A stretch of DNA of 64,000 bases from Bryobacterales bacterium (GCA_003163855.1 PLRJ01000087.1:177296-241295), one strand, 5' to 3'. Shown: positions 8,533 to 18,719, counted from the first letter of the stretch. A program made the numbers and translations. The notes: generated from the letters alone by a model not told the origin.

Positions 8533-10647
8533 TCAGTCGCTGAAGCGGAGTACCTGCCACAAATTGCTGAAGTCGTCGGTCCAGGGGCGCAGGTTTTTGG
8601 GAATGGGGATGGCGGTTAGCTGGCCCTTGAACAGCGGATTCTTGAAGAATGCTTCGTTGCTGGAAACCAGTATCCAGGTGGCTCCGTAAACTTCGTTTTT
8701 ATCTTCGTCGTCCGTCTCAATCTGCCAGGCTTGCTTGTGGTCGGCCTTGGCGTTCATGGCGACGATGGGCGCCAGGTCGAGATAGTGGTTTGAAATGTGA
8801 AAGGCAATCACTCCGCCCGGCTTCATGTGATGCCAGTACATGGCGCATGCTTCGGCCGTGATGAGGTGAACCGGAATCGCGTCGCCCGAAAAGGCATCGA
8901 CCACGAGTAAATCGAGGTTTTGCGGCGGCTGCCCCTGCATGACCAGGCGGGCATCGCCCAAAGTGGTCTCGATATGCGCGGGCGAATCTTTAAGATAGGT
9001 AAAGCTGTTACGGGCAATTTGAAACACCAGCGGGTTGATGTCATAAAAGCGGATCCAATCGCCAGCTCGGCCATACGCCGCCATTGTGCCGGCGCCCAGT
9101 CCGATGATCCCGGCACGCATGGGTCCGGCCGTTTCCAACGTTCTCCATGCCAGGCCCACGCCTGAGTTACGGCCATAGTAAGTAGTGGGCGAGGTGTGCA
9201 GCGCCACGGCCATAATCTGCATGCCGTGCGTGATGGTGCCGTGATTGAGCTGGCGGATTACCAGGTTCTGCTCGTCTTTGAATTGGTCAACTCGCAAGGC
9301 GCCATAGAAGTTGCGGCCGGCAAAAATGGAGACGTTCATAGAGCGGCGAAGCAGGTCTCCCGAATAGGCTGTTAACACGAGAGCGGCGGCTGCAGCGGTA
9401 AGCCATAGACCCATGCATAGTTGGAACGGCTTCCAGGTGGCGCGCTCGCGCCAGAAGACGAATAACAACAGAGCGGCGGAGCCGGCAAAGGCGATGGGAT
9501 ATTCGTACATGCCATTGAACAGGTGAGGTGCGAGTAAGGCGATCAACACGCCGCCTAATGCTCCGCCAGCGGCCAGGCATAAATAGAAAGCCGTCAAGTG
9601 CCCGGCGGCCGGTTTCATCCGTGCCAGTTCCCCGTGGCAGGCCATGCAACATACGAACAAGGAAAGCGACATCAGCGGAACTATGATTTTGATTTCACCG
9701 TTCTCAAGTGTGCCCGATGCCGACGCGAAACAGGCGAGTGCGGGTAGCACCAGCGGGATGAAAAGAATGCGGCGATACCAGAAGCTGCTTTCAAAACTCA
9801 AGATGAAGCTCAGCAGATAGATGCTTAAAGGGAGGACCCAGAGGAGCGGCATGGGCGCAATGTTCTGCGTCAACAGGTTGGTTACCGTAAGCAGCAAAAC
9901 CGACGCACATGCGGCTAAAGCCAGCCATAAGAAAACTGTCATGGCTTTTAACGGCGGCGCATTTTCTTCCACGACATCCGCTTGGGGGCTTGATGAAGCG
10001 GTGCGGGAGGCGATCAGGGCGGTAGACACGCACAGCATGGCAAAAATACCGAATGCCGCCGACCACATCCAAGCCTGTTGATGGCCCGGAAACAGGGGTT
10101 CCACCAGCACCGGATAAGCCAACAGCGCCAGCAGCGAGCCGGCATTCGATAAAGCGAAATAGCGGTAGGGCAGCTCGCCAAAGCGTTTGGCAGCATACCA
10201 ATTTTGCAACAGGGGGCTGGTGGCTGACAGCAGGGTGTAAGGCAGCCCGACGCAACCGGCAAGAACGGCTAAAACCAGCCATGTGGGGTCGTCGCCGGGA
10301 TTGGGTTGCCACTTCGCGTTAGGAAGAATAGGCAGCGTTGCCAGCGAGGCTACCAATAAGACGGAGTGAATTACAACCTGCCACTTGAGCGGAAACAGGC
10401 GCGCCAAGGCGTGCGCATAAAGGTAACCGAGCAGCAGACTCGCCTGGAAAAACAGCATGCAGGTAATCCAGACCGCGGCCGAGCCGCCGAACCACGGCAG
10501 GATCAGCTTCGAGACCAGCGGCTGGACCAGGAACAGCAGGCAGGCGCTGGTAAGTATGGTGACGCCGAATAGCAATGGCAAGGGTAGGGCGGACTTGCGC
10601 GTGGCGTACGTCTCGTTAATGGTTGCTGGAGAGGCGGAGGTTGACAC
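8533..10647 (-). CDS. Fused polytopic membrane domain / spermidine-synthase-like methyltransferase-fold protein
   Basis: About 12 predicted TM helices. The C-terminal spermidine-synthase-like domain follows (GIIGLGAGTMAAY...LDLLVVDAFSGDAIPVHLIT...LKPGGV-like). Confidence 0.75.
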   Translation of the reverse strand: MSTSASPATINETYATRKSALPLPLLFGVTILTSACLLFLVQPLVSKLILPWFGGSAAVWITCMLFFQASLLLGYLYAHALARLFPLKWQVVIHSVLLVASLATLPILPNAKWQPNPGDDPTWLVLAVLAGCVGLPYTLLSATSPLLQNWYAAKRFGELPYRYFALSNAGSLLALLAYPVLVEPLFPGHQQAWMWSAAFGIFAMLCVSTALIASRTASSSPQADVVEENAPPLKAMTVFLWLALAACASVLLLTVTNLLTQNIAPMPLLWVLPLSIYLLSFILSFESSFWYRRILFIPLVLPALACFASASGTLENGEIKIIVPLMSLSLFVCCMACHGELARMKPAAGHLTAFYLCLAAGGALGGVLIALLAPHLFNGMYEYPIAFAGSAALLLFVFWRERATWKPFQLCMGLWLTAAAAALVLTAYSGDLLRRSMNVSIFAGRNFYGALRVDQFKDEQNLVIRQLNHGTITHGMQIMAVALHTSPTTYYGRNSGVGLAWRTLETAGPMRAGIIGLGAGTMAAYGRAGDWIRFYDINPLVFQIARNSFTYLKDSPAHIETTLGDARLVMQGQPPQNLDLLVVDAFSGDAIPVHLITAEACAMYWHHMKPGGVIAFHISNHYLDLAPIVAMNAKADHKQAWQIETDDEDKNEVYGATWILVSSNEAFFKNPLFKGQLTAIPIPKNLRPWTDDFSNLWQVLRFSD

Positions 10648-10851
10648 AGTTGTAGTCGGTTATTGGGCTAAAGACGTTCGCGTGGCGTCTTGGGCTCGCA
10701 CAGATTCTTTCAGATGTAAACCATGATATGTCAGGTGTTGGTTCAGCATTTTAGGATTGTTGGCGAAGTAAGAATCATTGCGTCGCGCCGAAGTTCTTCA
10801 GAACCCTAAACTAATCCTAATTCCGCGCGATAAGGCATTGAGGTATTCAGA

Positions 10852-12150
10852 TTGCTACTTTATAGATCGAGATCGCGCGGGAGACTGCTTGCGCTAGTCG
10901 CCTTAACCATAGGCCTCTCCGTTTCGGCTGAAAAACTGCTGGCCTTGGATGATACAAATCCCGCCCCCAAAGTGGATCAGGATAAGGCCGCGACTTCGAA
11001 CTCAGGCGAGGGAATTCGGCGTTGGCTCGATTTGAACACCCTGTCGTTCAGCTTCCGGTATCGGAATCAGACGGATTCAGACGACTATCGTTTTTTTGAT
11101 AACTGGCAGCAACGCAGCCTTATCGATGGCCGGCTCAAGCTGGACGCCGACGGCAAATATGCCGTTCACTTTCATGTATCTTCTGGGCGAACCTTTAACT
11201 GGGCTTACTCAGATGAGATAGGAAACGATTTCCAATACCGAACTACCGGAGCCACAGCGGCCGTACCGGCGGCAATTCTTCCGCTGCTTTATTCCGCAGT
11301 ACTTGCTGATCCGGCCGATTACCAAATGGCTAAGCTAGCGCCTTCACGCGGCTGGGAGATGAGCTTTCGCCAGCTCTATTTCAGCGCCACGCCAGTCAAG
11401 GAATTGTCATTCGAATATGGGTCGATTGGCATAGAGCGAGGTGCATCCACGGAGGCTACCACGTACGATGATGACGGTTATCTGACGGGTGAACGTCTTC
11501 GTATTCTTGCCCCCGATCATCTGTTTTTTGACCAGATTGCGATCACTTTCGCTTATGAAGGAGACCTTTTCCAGACGAGTTTCTTCAATCGTGCAGAACG
11601 CCTTGGGCAATCCAACTATCATCAGTTTCTGGCGAGCAAACGATTCGGCAATCGCCTAAGCACGTCGATCGACTACACGTTCGACAAAGGAACGCATACC
11701 CTCCGTCAAGCGCTGCTCTTGAAAGTGCCCGAGTTGAAGGCGATCGACTCGGTGCGGCCGGAACTTTACCAGAGATTGAATGACAAGGTGCTCTCGGGCC
11801 AGACTTATGACTCTGGAAGTGGTTTAGCGATTACCGCGTCGAAGACGTTTGCCAAGCGATTCCAACTGGAAGGCGGCTATGCGGGGATTGACGAGCAATA
11901 CGGTGTGCTGACTGGGATACGGATTATGGCACTCTTCGGCTTCTCCATGAACGGAGATGCATTTCTAACCGGCAACCGGGTATTTACCAGGGCAAATTGG
12001 AAAGTAACGCCCTACATTACTTTCTTTGGCTACTTCACGCATCAGGTCACTACTCCGCCTTTGATAGATACCAACCTTAACAAACAGTCGCTGAACGGCG
12101 GGGCAACTATTAACTTCCAGACCATTTTGACGAAAATGCACGTTCTTTAG
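10852..12150 (+). CDS. Hypothetical secreted protein, probable outer-membrane beta-barrel
   Basis: TTG start and a signal-like N-terminus (LLALVALTIGLSVSA). Alternating amphipathic strands rich in Y/F/G and an aromatic-rich C-terminal region. No recognisable family. Confidence 0.45.
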   Translation: MLLYRSRSRGRLLALVALTIGLSVSAEKLLALDDTNPAPKVDQDKAATSNSGEGIRRWLDLNTLSFSFRYRNQTDSDDYRFFDNWQQRSLIDGRLKLDADGKYAVHFHVSSGRTFNWAYSDEIGNDFQYRTTGATAAVPAAILPLLYSAVLADPADYQMAKLAPSRGWEMSFRQLYFSATPVKELSFEYGSIGIERGASTEATTYDDDGYLTGERLRILAPDHLFFDQIAITFAYEGDLFQTSFFNRAERLGQSNYHQFLASKRFGNRLSTSIDYTFDKGTHTLRQALLLKVPELKAIDSVRPELYQRLNDKVLSGQTYDSGSGLAITASKTFAKRFQLEGGYAGIDEQYGVLTGIRIMALFGFSMNGDAFLTGNRVFTRANWKVTPYITFFGYFTHQVTTPPLIDTNLNKQSLNGGATINFQTILTKMHVL

Positions 12151-12188
12151 TTTGCCGGGCGGTGCAGGCTTGGAGTGGAAGAACGGCA

Positions 12189-12908
12189 TCACTTGGCTAA
12201 TGCCTTCGCAATGGCGTCTTCGGCTAGCGGCGACATCACTAGGTAGCCTGCATCGTTCGGATGCAGGCCGTCGTAAGTCAGTTCCTGCTTGAACATCTTA
12301 TGGTCGTCGAGCAGGGCGGAATAGTAGTTCAGATAGACAAGGCCGTTCTTGGCGCAATAGCTCTCTATCCATTTGTTGAGGGCGATAATTTTGTCGGGCG
12401 GCCGGCGCTCGGTTTGCGGCTTGATGTAATCGCAGACAGGCATCACAGACGATAGAACCACTCGTATTTGATTCGCTTGGGCCAGTTCCACCATGGATGT
12501 CAGATTGCCTTCGATTTCTTCAAGGGTTTCTGGACCTGTGTTGCCGGCAATATCGTTAGTGCCAGCTAGGATCACGACCACTTTCGGTGTCAGATTGATG
12601 ACGTCAGGCCGGAAACGGATCAGCATTTGGGGGGTGGTTTGACCACTAATGCCGCGGTTGAGATAAGGCTTGCCGGGAAAAAATTTGCCGTGCGTGCGGC
12701 CCCACGCGTCGGTGATGGAATCGCCCAGGAAGACCACGCGATTCTCAAGCGGCGTTGGCGGGGGTACTTTGGCATTTTCATCACGATAGCGGCCTAAATT
12801 CGCCCAATCATGCAGGATCTTTTCGTCGTGCGCGAGTTGCGTCTGCATCTTGCTCAGATCAGGCGTTGCTTGGAAGGCAACAGTCATTAGGAGGATAGCG
12901 GCAATCAC
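12189..12908 (-). CDS. SGNH/GDSL-family hydrolase (exported)
   Basis: Blocks I, III and V are present: VVFLGDSITDAWG, ILAGTNDIAG, DGLHPNDAGY. The GTG start at 12908 forms a GTGA overlap with the alaX stop (12907-12905). Confidence 0.85.
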   Translation of the reverse strand: MIAAILLMTVAFQATPDLSKMQTQLAHDEKILHDWANLGRYRDENAKVPPPTPLENRVVFLGDSITDAWGRTHGKFFPGKPYLNRGISGQTTPQMLIRFRPDVINLTPKVVVILAGTNDIAGNTGPETLEEIEGNLTSMVELAQANQIRVVLSSVMPVCDYIKPQTERRPPDKIIALNKWIESYCAKNGLVYLNYYSALLDDHKMFKQELTYDGLHPNDAGYLVMSPLAEDAIAKALAK

Positions 12909-14089
12909 TCTTGGAGGTTATCGCATGGGAGGCGAAAGCCGCCGGCTTCGGCAAGAGTCTGCTCGCCCATGCCGCCGGTCAATTTACCTTGCGCCAGTGT
13001 AGGTGAACCGCCGCCACTACCACCGCAACCCGCGATCGTCTGTTTCAGCACGGCTCCTGCGTTCAAGCCGCTGTCGGGGGAGAATCCGATCAAGACACTG
13101 TCCGGGCTCAGCAGCAGGATTCCCGCCTTGCTTTGGGAAAGATAAGCCTGTGCTTTGGAACGCTGAGCTTCATCGATGCGGGCTACTCGCTGGCATAAGC
13201 GGCGTAAACCGTCGGCGGAAGGCGAAGAAGCATTGTAAAGGTCCCTGCCCTCGCGTTCGGCCAGATGTTTCTCAAGACGCTGCCGTTCCTTCTCGGCGTC
13301 GGTCAGACGCTGGCGCAGGGTCGTGAAGTGATCAAGCGTCTGATCAAATGGCGTACCCGCCAGCCGCGCCAGTTGGGACAGTGTACGCAGGTCTTTTCGA
13401 GCCAAACGGATTGCCCGCTGGCCGCATGCGAACTCCAGGCGGATGTTACCGCGCATCTTTTCCGTTCGGCGCAATTGCATAGGCAGCACCTCCGATAAGT
13501 TGCGGACGTGCGTACCTCCGCAGGCGCTGCGATCGTAATGGTCGATGTTGACGATCCGCAGAGTACCTGACCGGTCGCTCTGTTTGCGCAAACCGGCTGC
13601 GGATTCGGCTTCTTCAAACGAGACTGTGACACAGGAAGAGCCACGTGCGGCTTCGTTCACCTGTTCCTCAAGCGCGCTTAGCTGGGCCTCGCTCAGTTCT
13701 TTTAGTTGGAGGTCGATGGTGGAAACTTCGCTGCCCATGTGGAAACTGAGCGTGGCGGCATTCAGCATCTGGTCGCATACGGCGGAAAGCAGGTGCTGGC
13801 CGGTATGTTGCTGCATGTGGTCGTAGCGGCGCTCCCAGTCGATTGCGCCGCTGACGGTTGAACCCTTAAGCGGCGATCGCAAAACGTGGGCGATTTGGTC
13901 GCCTTCATCTACGACATCTTCAATGGGAATGCCGTTCAGGGTGCCTAGGTCATGCGGTTGGCCGCCGGACGTGGGATAGAAGGCTGTCTGGTCGAGATAA
14001 ATCCGGTTTGAATCCGCGACATCGCCAACGGCATTCGCCTGGAAGTCGCGCAGGTAGCTGTCGGCGTAATAGAGACGTTTCGTCGCCAC
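12905..14089 (-). CDS. alaX: Alanyl-tRNA editing protein, AlaX-L type (AlaRS editing/SAD domain)
   Basis: HxxxH (HTGQHLLSA) and CGGTHV zinc motifs. The N-terminus KRLYYADSYLRDF is typical. I prefer the GTG at 14089 (VATKRLYY...), because the listed ATG at 14179 would overlap divergent cysE by 71 nt. Confidence 0.75.
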   Translation of the reverse strand: MATKRLYYADSYLRDFQANAVGDVADSNRIYLDQTAFYPTSGGQPHDLGTLNGIPIEDVVDEGDQIAHVLRSPLKGSTVSGAIDWERRYDHMQQHTGQHLLSAVCDQMLNAATLSFHMGSEVSTIDLQLKELSEAQLSALEEQVNEAARGSSCVTVSFEEAESAAGLRKQSDRSGTLRIVNIDHYDRSACGGTHVRNLSEVLPMQLRRTEKMRGNIRLEFACGQRAIRLARKDLRTLSQLARLAGTPFDQTLDHFTTLRQRLTDAEKERQRLEKHLAEREGRDLYNASSPSADGLRRLCQRVARIDEAQRSKAQAYLSQSKAGILLLSPDSVLIGFSPDSGLNAGAVLKQTIAGCGGSGGGSPTLAQGKLTGGMGEQTLAEAGGFRLPCDNLQE

Positions 14090-14092
14090 AAC

Positions 14093-14098
14093 TATAAT
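14093..14098 (+). promoter_or_regulatory. Perfect TATAAT hexamer 11 nt upstream of the cysE ATG (candidate -10 box of a near-leaderless transcript)
   Basis: Sequence ACTATAATGTAGTAATTAATG. No Shine-Dalgarno-like purine run lies between the hexamer and the ATG at 14109. Confidence 0.3.
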
Positions 14099-14108
14099 GT
14101 AGTAATTA

Positions 14109-14768
14109 ATGTCGCTACGTGAGCACATAAGGGCCATAAAACGGGAGGATCCGGCTGCCAAGAGCAGTTTGGAGATCATTCTGGCTTACCCGGGCTTCCA
14201 CGCCGTTCTGCTGCATCGCGTCTCAAGCTGGTTCTACAGGCGAAAACGCTATGTGATCGCACGCGTAATCTCGCATATCGGCCGCATCCTCACGGGGATT
14301 GAGATTCACCCCGGCGCTCGCATTGGGCAGCGCCTGTTTATCGATCACGGCTTCGGGGTCGTCATCGGAGAAACAGCCGAAGTGGGTGACGATGTATTGC
14401 TTTACCAGGGCGTGACGCTGGGCGGGACCGGCAACGAGCGTGGCAAACGGCATCCTACGGTAGGGAACCGGGTTGTGGTCGGTACAGGGGCATCGGTCTT
14501 GGGAAACATTACCCTGGCCGACGATTCGAAAGTGGGCGCGGGTGCCGTGGTGGTGCATTCGGTCCCGCCTGGCGCCACCGTGGTAGGAATACCGGGCAAG
14601 GTTGTGAAGTCTTCTAAGGACGCGTTTGGCTCCTTGGAGCATGGCCGCATAGCTGCTTGCGCGGAATCGGAACCGGCCGATCTTGAACAGTTGAACGACC
14701 GCATACGCGAACTGGAAGCGCTGATCAGGCTGCTGTTGGATGAACGCGTCGGTCAAGCCCGCGGCTGA
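14109..14768 (+). CDS. cysE: Serine O-acetyltransferase
   Basis: Left-handed beta-helix hexapeptide repeats. Conserved [46 protein letters not shown] and [16 protein letters not shown]. Confidence 0.92.
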   Translation: MSLREHIRAIKREDPAAKSSLEIILAYPGFHAVLLHRVSSWFYRRKRYVIARVISHIGRILTGIEIHPGARIGQRLFIDHGFGVVIGETAEVGDDVLLYQGVTLGGTGNERGKRHPTVGNRVVVGTGASVLGNITLADDSKVGAGAVVVHSVPPGATVVGIPGKVVKSSKDAFGSLEHGRIAACAESEPADLEQLNDRIRELEALIRLLLDERVGQARG

Positions 14769-15736
14769 GATTTAAACGAGTAGCGCAGGCTGTTTGCGGC
14801 GAGCAGCTTCAATTCTTCGCGCGAGAACCCGAAGATCTGTGCCGCCAGCGTGAATTCATGCAGCAGGTCGGTTGAAAACAGCGCCGGATCGTCCGTACCC
14901 AGGACTATCGGCACCCCCGCGTCAAACAGCTTGCGCAATGGGTGCTGGCGCAGCGTGGCAACGGCTCCGGTGCAGACGTTGCTGGTAGGGCAGACTTCCA
15001 AAGCAATCTGCTTTTCGCGCAGATAGGTCAGCAATTCCGGGTCGTCTATCGAGCGGATGCCGTGGCCGATGCGCTGTGCGCCGATCTTCAGCGCCTGCCA
15101 GACTGAATCGGGTCCGGCGACTTCTCCGGCATGGCAGGTCAAACCTAAGCCGGCTTCTTTCGCCTGTGCATACAGCTCATGAAACAGCAGGGCGGGTCCG
15201 CGCTCTTCATCACCGCCGATACCGATGGCCACAACTCCGTTAGCGGCATTCTCCCTGGCCAAGGCGAAAACCCTGGCAGCGTCGGCGGCTCCAAACTGCC
15301 TGATAGCGTCGAAAATCCAGCCCACCTCAATCCGCTTGAACGCCTTCACCTCGCGCTGAATGGCTTCATAAACAGGTTCCAGTTGCTGGCCTTTCCACAG
15401 AATTACCCCGACGGACAGAGTAACTTCGGCGTAGAGCACGTTTTGCGCTGCTAGTTTTTCCAGCAGCCGCCTCGTAGCCAGTGCATAGGCGGCGGGTGAA
15501 TCCAGGCGTTTGGTCACCCAGACGTAAGATTTAAGAAAACCGGCAAAACCGTTGTAATGGAAGTTCGATTGAATGTCATCCATTGACAGTGATGGGTCAA
15601 GCTCATGAATGGTGGCCGGATCGACCGAGCCTTCCAGGTGCAGATGCAGCTCTGCTTTCGGCAGCGAGCGCAGGAAATCTTGAAGGTTTTCGTCGTCTGA
15701 CACTAGACCTCTACTACAGCAGATGTTCCCTGACAT
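14753..15736 (-). CDS. add: Adenosine deaminase family protein
   Basis: [19 protein letters not shown] and LGTDDPALF metal/catalytic motifs. I prefer the start at ATG 15736 (MSGNICC...). The listed start at 15928 would overlap divergent glgB by 178 nt. Confidence 0.85.
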   Translation of the reverse strand: MSGNICCSRGLVSDDENLQDFLRSLPKAELHLHLEGSVDPATIHELDPSLSMDDIQSNFHYNGFAGFLKSYVWVTKRLDSPAAYALATRRLLEKLAAQNVLYAEVTLSVGVILWKGQQLEPVYEAIQREVKAFKRIEVGWIFDAIRQFGAADAARVFALARENAANGVVAIGIGGDEERGPALLFHELYAQAKEAGLGLTCHAGEVAGPDSVWQALKIGAQRIGHGIRSIDDPELLTYLREKQIALEVCPTSNVCTGAVATLRQHPLRKLFDAGVPIVLGTDDPALFSTDLLHEFTLAAQIFGFSREELKLLAANSLRYSFKSQPRA

Positions 15737-15739
15737 AAT
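15731..15739 (+). promoter_or_regulatory. Extended -10-like element TGACATAAT, 12 nt upstream of the long-form glgB ATG
   Basis: TGnCATAAT lies inside the first codons of divergent add. No SD-like sequence precedes the ATG at 15751. Confidence 0.25.
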
Positions 15740-15750
15740 GATCGTGCGAT

Positions 15751-17973
15751 ATGACTGACCAAGAGATAGAAGCAATAACAGGCGGATACCACGGTGACGC
15801 CTTCGCCGTGCTTGGACCGCATTCGCTGGGTAGCCACAACGGGAGCGGTAAGGCACATTGGGAAGTTCGGACGCTGCAACCGCAGGCGAAAGAAGTAAGC
15901 CTGCGCTTTGATGGAACCGACATCTCAATGGAGCGCTCGCATCCAGCCGGGCTTTTCACGGCCTCGGTGCCTGCGCAGCCGGTTGGTTACAAGCTGTTGG
16001 TTACAGATTATGCCGGCCACACAGCGGAAGTGGAGGATGCCTACCGGTTTCAGCCGCTCATCAGCGATTTCGACCTCCACCTGCATTCCGAAGGCACGAA
16101 CTACGAAGGCTACAACTCCTTCGGCGCCCATGTCGTGACGGTGGAGGGAGTGGTGGGCACGCGCTTTGCGTTGTGGGCCCCCAATGCCATTGTGGTTAGC
16201 GTTGTTGGCAACTTTAACGACTGGGACACGCGGCGTCATCCCATGCGGGCACGCACCGGAGGCGTTTGGGAGATCTTTATTCCCGGCGTTGAATTGGGAA
16301 CGCCCTACAAATACGCGGTGAAATCGCGCTTTCGCGGCTATAGCCAGATGAAGTCCGACCCTTATGGCTTTTCCATGGAAACGCCTCCTAAATCCGCCTC
16401 CATCGTGGTTGATCTGGATAAGTACCAATGGAACGATCAGGCCTGGATGGAGCAGCGCTCAACCGCGAAAAATCTGGACGGCCCCATGTCGGTGTACGAA
16501 GTTCATGCGGGCTCGTGGGTGCGCGGCGAGCACAACCGCTATCTGACTTATCACGAACTGGCCGACAAGCTGGTGCCGTATGTGAAGAAGATGGGTTACA
16601 CGCATATCGAGTTGATGCCCATTGCCGAGCATCCTTATGCGCCATCGTGGGGCTATCAGGTAACGGGATATTTCGCTCCCACATCGCGCTTCGGCTCACC
16701 GGAAGATTTCATGTACTTCGTCGATCGCTGCCACCAGGAGGGCATCGGCGTCATCATCGACTGGGTGCCGGCGCACTTCCCGAAAGACGCGCATGGGCTG
16801 GCATTCTTCGATGGCACCGCGCTTTACGAACACGAAGATTCGCGGCTGGGCGAGCATCGCGACTGGGGCACGCTGATTTTCAACTTCGGCCGTAACGAAG
16901 TGCGCTCGTTCCTGATTTCGAATGCAATGTTCTGGGTTAAAAAGTATCACGTTGACGGGCTGCGCGTGGACGCGGTAGCTTCCATGCTCTACCTGGATTA
17001 TTCGCGCAAAGCGGGTGAGTGGATTCCAAACATTCACGGCGGCAACGAGAACCTGGAAGCCATCAGTTTCCTGCGCAAGACAAACGAACTGGTGCATCAG
17101 GTGCCGGGCGCGATGACCATTGCCGAGGAGTCCACTTCCTTCACCGGCGTCTCGCGTCCGGTCTATCTGAACGGGCTCGGCTTCACCATGAAGTGGAACA
17201 TGGGTTGGATGCACGACATGCTGCATTACTTTGAGCGTGACCCGATCTTCCGTAAATATCACCAGAATGACATCACCTTCAGCATGGTGTATGCGTTTAC
17301 CGAGAACTTTGTGCTGCCCATCTCGCACGACGAGGTGGTTTACGGCAAGAAAGCTTTGCTGAACAAAATGCCGGGAGATGAGTGGCAGCGCTTTGCCAAC
17401 GCGCGGGCCTTTCTGTCATACATGTGGGGACATCCTGGCAAGAAACTGCTCTTTATGGGCTCCGAGATAGGCCAGACTGCCGAGTGGAATTCGGAGTCGC
17501 AGGTGGAGTGGTGGCTGCTCGACTTCGAGATCCACCGGCGCTTCCAGGCGTTCTGCGCGGCGATAAACGCGCTCTACAAGAGCGAGCCGGCGATGTATGA
17601 GGTGGACTTTCACTGGACGGGTTTTGAGTGGATTGACTTCCACGATTCGCACAATTCGATAGTCGCGTTCATCCGCAGGGCGAAGCGGCGCGAAGATCAC
17701 CTGGTATTCGTGTGCAACTTCACGCCAACGCCGCAAAGAAGGTATCGCATTGGATTTCCGGAAGCGGGCCATTACCGGGAGATTTTCAATTCGGACGCAG
17801 AGATTTTCGGCGGCAGCAATATGGGGAATGGCGGTTACATCAATGCGGAGCCGACGCCGTCGCACGGGAAACCGGCATCGGCTGAGTTGATTATTCCACC
17901 GCTTGGGGTCTTGGTGTTTAAGCCAGGACGTCCGTTGCCGCCGCTGCCGGCGCCGGCAGCGCAGCACGAGTAG
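15751..17973 (+). CDS. glgB: 1,4-alpha-glucan branching enzyme, long form (740 aa, with an extra N-terminal domain)
   Basis: Same GH13_9 motifs as the short form ([48 protein letters not shown]). It also has a ~110-aa N-terminal extension, as in E. coli/M. tuberculosis GlgB. Confidence 0.95.
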   Translation: MTDQEIEAITGGYHGDAFAVLGPHSLGSHNGSGKAHWEVRTLQPQAKEVSLRFDGTDISMERSHPAGLFTASVPAQPVGYKLLVTDYAGHTAEVEDAYRFQPLISDFDLHLHSEGTNYEGYNSFGAHVVTVEGVVGTRFALWAPNAIVVSVVGNFNDWDTRRHPMRARTGGVWEIFIPGVELGTPYKYAVKSRFRGYSQMKSDPYGFSMETPPKSASIVVDLDKYQWNDQAWMEQRSTAKNLDGPMSVYEVHAGSWVRGEHNRYLTYHELADKLVPYVKKMGYTHIELMPIAEHPYAPSWGYQVTGYFAPTSRFGSPEDFMYFVDRCHQEGIGVIIDWVPAHFPKDAHGLAFFDGTALYEHEDSRLGEHRDWGTLIFNFGRNEVRSFLISNAMFWVKKYHVDGLRVDAVASMLYLDYSRKAGEWIPNIHGGNENLEAISFLRKTNELVHQVPGAMTIAEESTSFTGVSRPVYLNGLGFTMKWNMGWMHDMLHYFERDPIFRKYHQNDITFSMVYAFTENFVLPISHDEVVYGKKALLNKMPGDEWQRFANARAFLSYMWGHPGKKLLFMGSEIGQTAEWNSESQVEWWLLDFEIHRRFQAFCAAINALYKSEPAMYEVDFHWTGFEWIDFHDSHNSIVAFIRRAKRREDHLVFVCNFTPTPQRRYRIGFPEAGHYREIFNSDAEIFGGSNMGNGGYINAEPTPSHGKPASAELIIPPLGVLVFKPGRPLPPLPAPAAQHE

Positions 17974-18060
17974 AGGCCAAAAGTGGATGGAGGCAGGGTT
18001 TCTCAATAAGGTCGATCGCCCCGGAGTGCGCACGTTAGAATAAGATCTCAAACCCAGCAA

Positions 18061-18087
18061 ACGGGTGAGACGTCCCCTAGTTACCCA
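18061..18087. repeat. Left arm of a 27-nt inverted repeat (ACGGGTGAGACGTCCCCTAGTTACCCA)
   Basis: Its reverse complement matches 18683-18709 at 26 of 27 positions. Confidence 0.9.
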
Positions 18088-18116
18088 GTCGAATTATCGA
18101 CCGGTGGCCGACCGTA

Positions 18117-18581
18117 ATGCGTGCACCAATATCAACATCTGCTGTTTGGCGATTCGCCGCCAGTTTAGCAGTTATATTCGTCGCGGGTTTGCGGAGCCAA
18201 TCTGTCTCTCCGCGTATTCTCACTATTCGACTCCTGAACGCCAAATCCGGGAAACCGATGCGGCAACAGAAAGTGACTATCCGTTGGAACCAGGACTTTA
18301 TGTCCTCTGAAGTAATGGTCAACAGTGACGGTGTTGCGCGCTTCGACGTACCGCCCGGAGCTACGAAGTTCATCATGCTTAGTGGACCGAAAAAGGGAGC
18401 AGAGACGGCACGAGTCGCATATCTCGACTGTAATGACCAGAACTCGCGTCTCATCAGAGTTGCAGAAGTTTCCGTTTCCGGCGTCGTTCCACAGAATAAA
18501 TGTGCTGGTACGACCGTATCGCCGCGCCCTGGTGAAATTGTTTTTTGGGCTCTCCCTAGGCCATTTTGGGATTTTCAATAA
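18117..18581 (+). CDS. Hypothetical exported 154-aa protein (possibly a carboxypeptidase-regulatory-like beta-sandwich)
   Basis: Signal peptide (AVWRFAASLAVIFVAGLRSQS). The pattern RILTIRLLNAKSGKP...VMVNSDGVARFDVPPG resembles CarboxypepD_reg-like folds. It is the only ORF in the repeat-bounded segment with coding-like features. Confidence 0.55.
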   Translation: MRAPISTSAVWRFAASLAVIFVAGLRSQSVSPRILTIRLLNAKSGKPMRQQKVTIRWNQDFMSSEVMVNSDGVARFDVPPGATKFIMLSGPKKGAETARVAYLDCNDQNSRLIRVAEVSVSGVVPQNKCAGTTVSPRPGEIVFWALPRPFWDFQ

Positions 18582-18682
18582 CTGTGATTCTTGGGTTTCC
18601 GGAGTTTCCGGGACAGCCACCGAGCCTGTGGCAAATAGAACTGCCCTAAAGTAATTGTTCGAACAAACAAGTTTGACTAGAG

Positions 18683-18709
18683 TGGGTAACTAGGGGACGT
18701 CTCACTCGT
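18683..18709. repeat. Right arm, copy 1 (TGGGTAACTAGGGGACGTCTCACTCGT)
   Basis: Inverted with respect to 18061-18087. Directly followed by a 10-nt partial copy, GGGTAACTAG, at 18710-18719. Confidence 0.9.
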
Positions 18710-18719
18710 GGGTAACTAG

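Noticed and set aside
15737-15928. N-terminal extensions of listed ORFs: add to 15928, Gfo/Idh/MocA to 35390, ApbE to 32694, CRTAC1 to 28240, the H1-like protein to 24018, and DUF4440 from 26139
   Set aside because: The extensions overlap neighbouring genes or divergent promoter regions. They are Arg/Cys-rich and unlike signal peptides. Internal starts place canonical Tat/Sec signals or conserved N-termini at the protein start.
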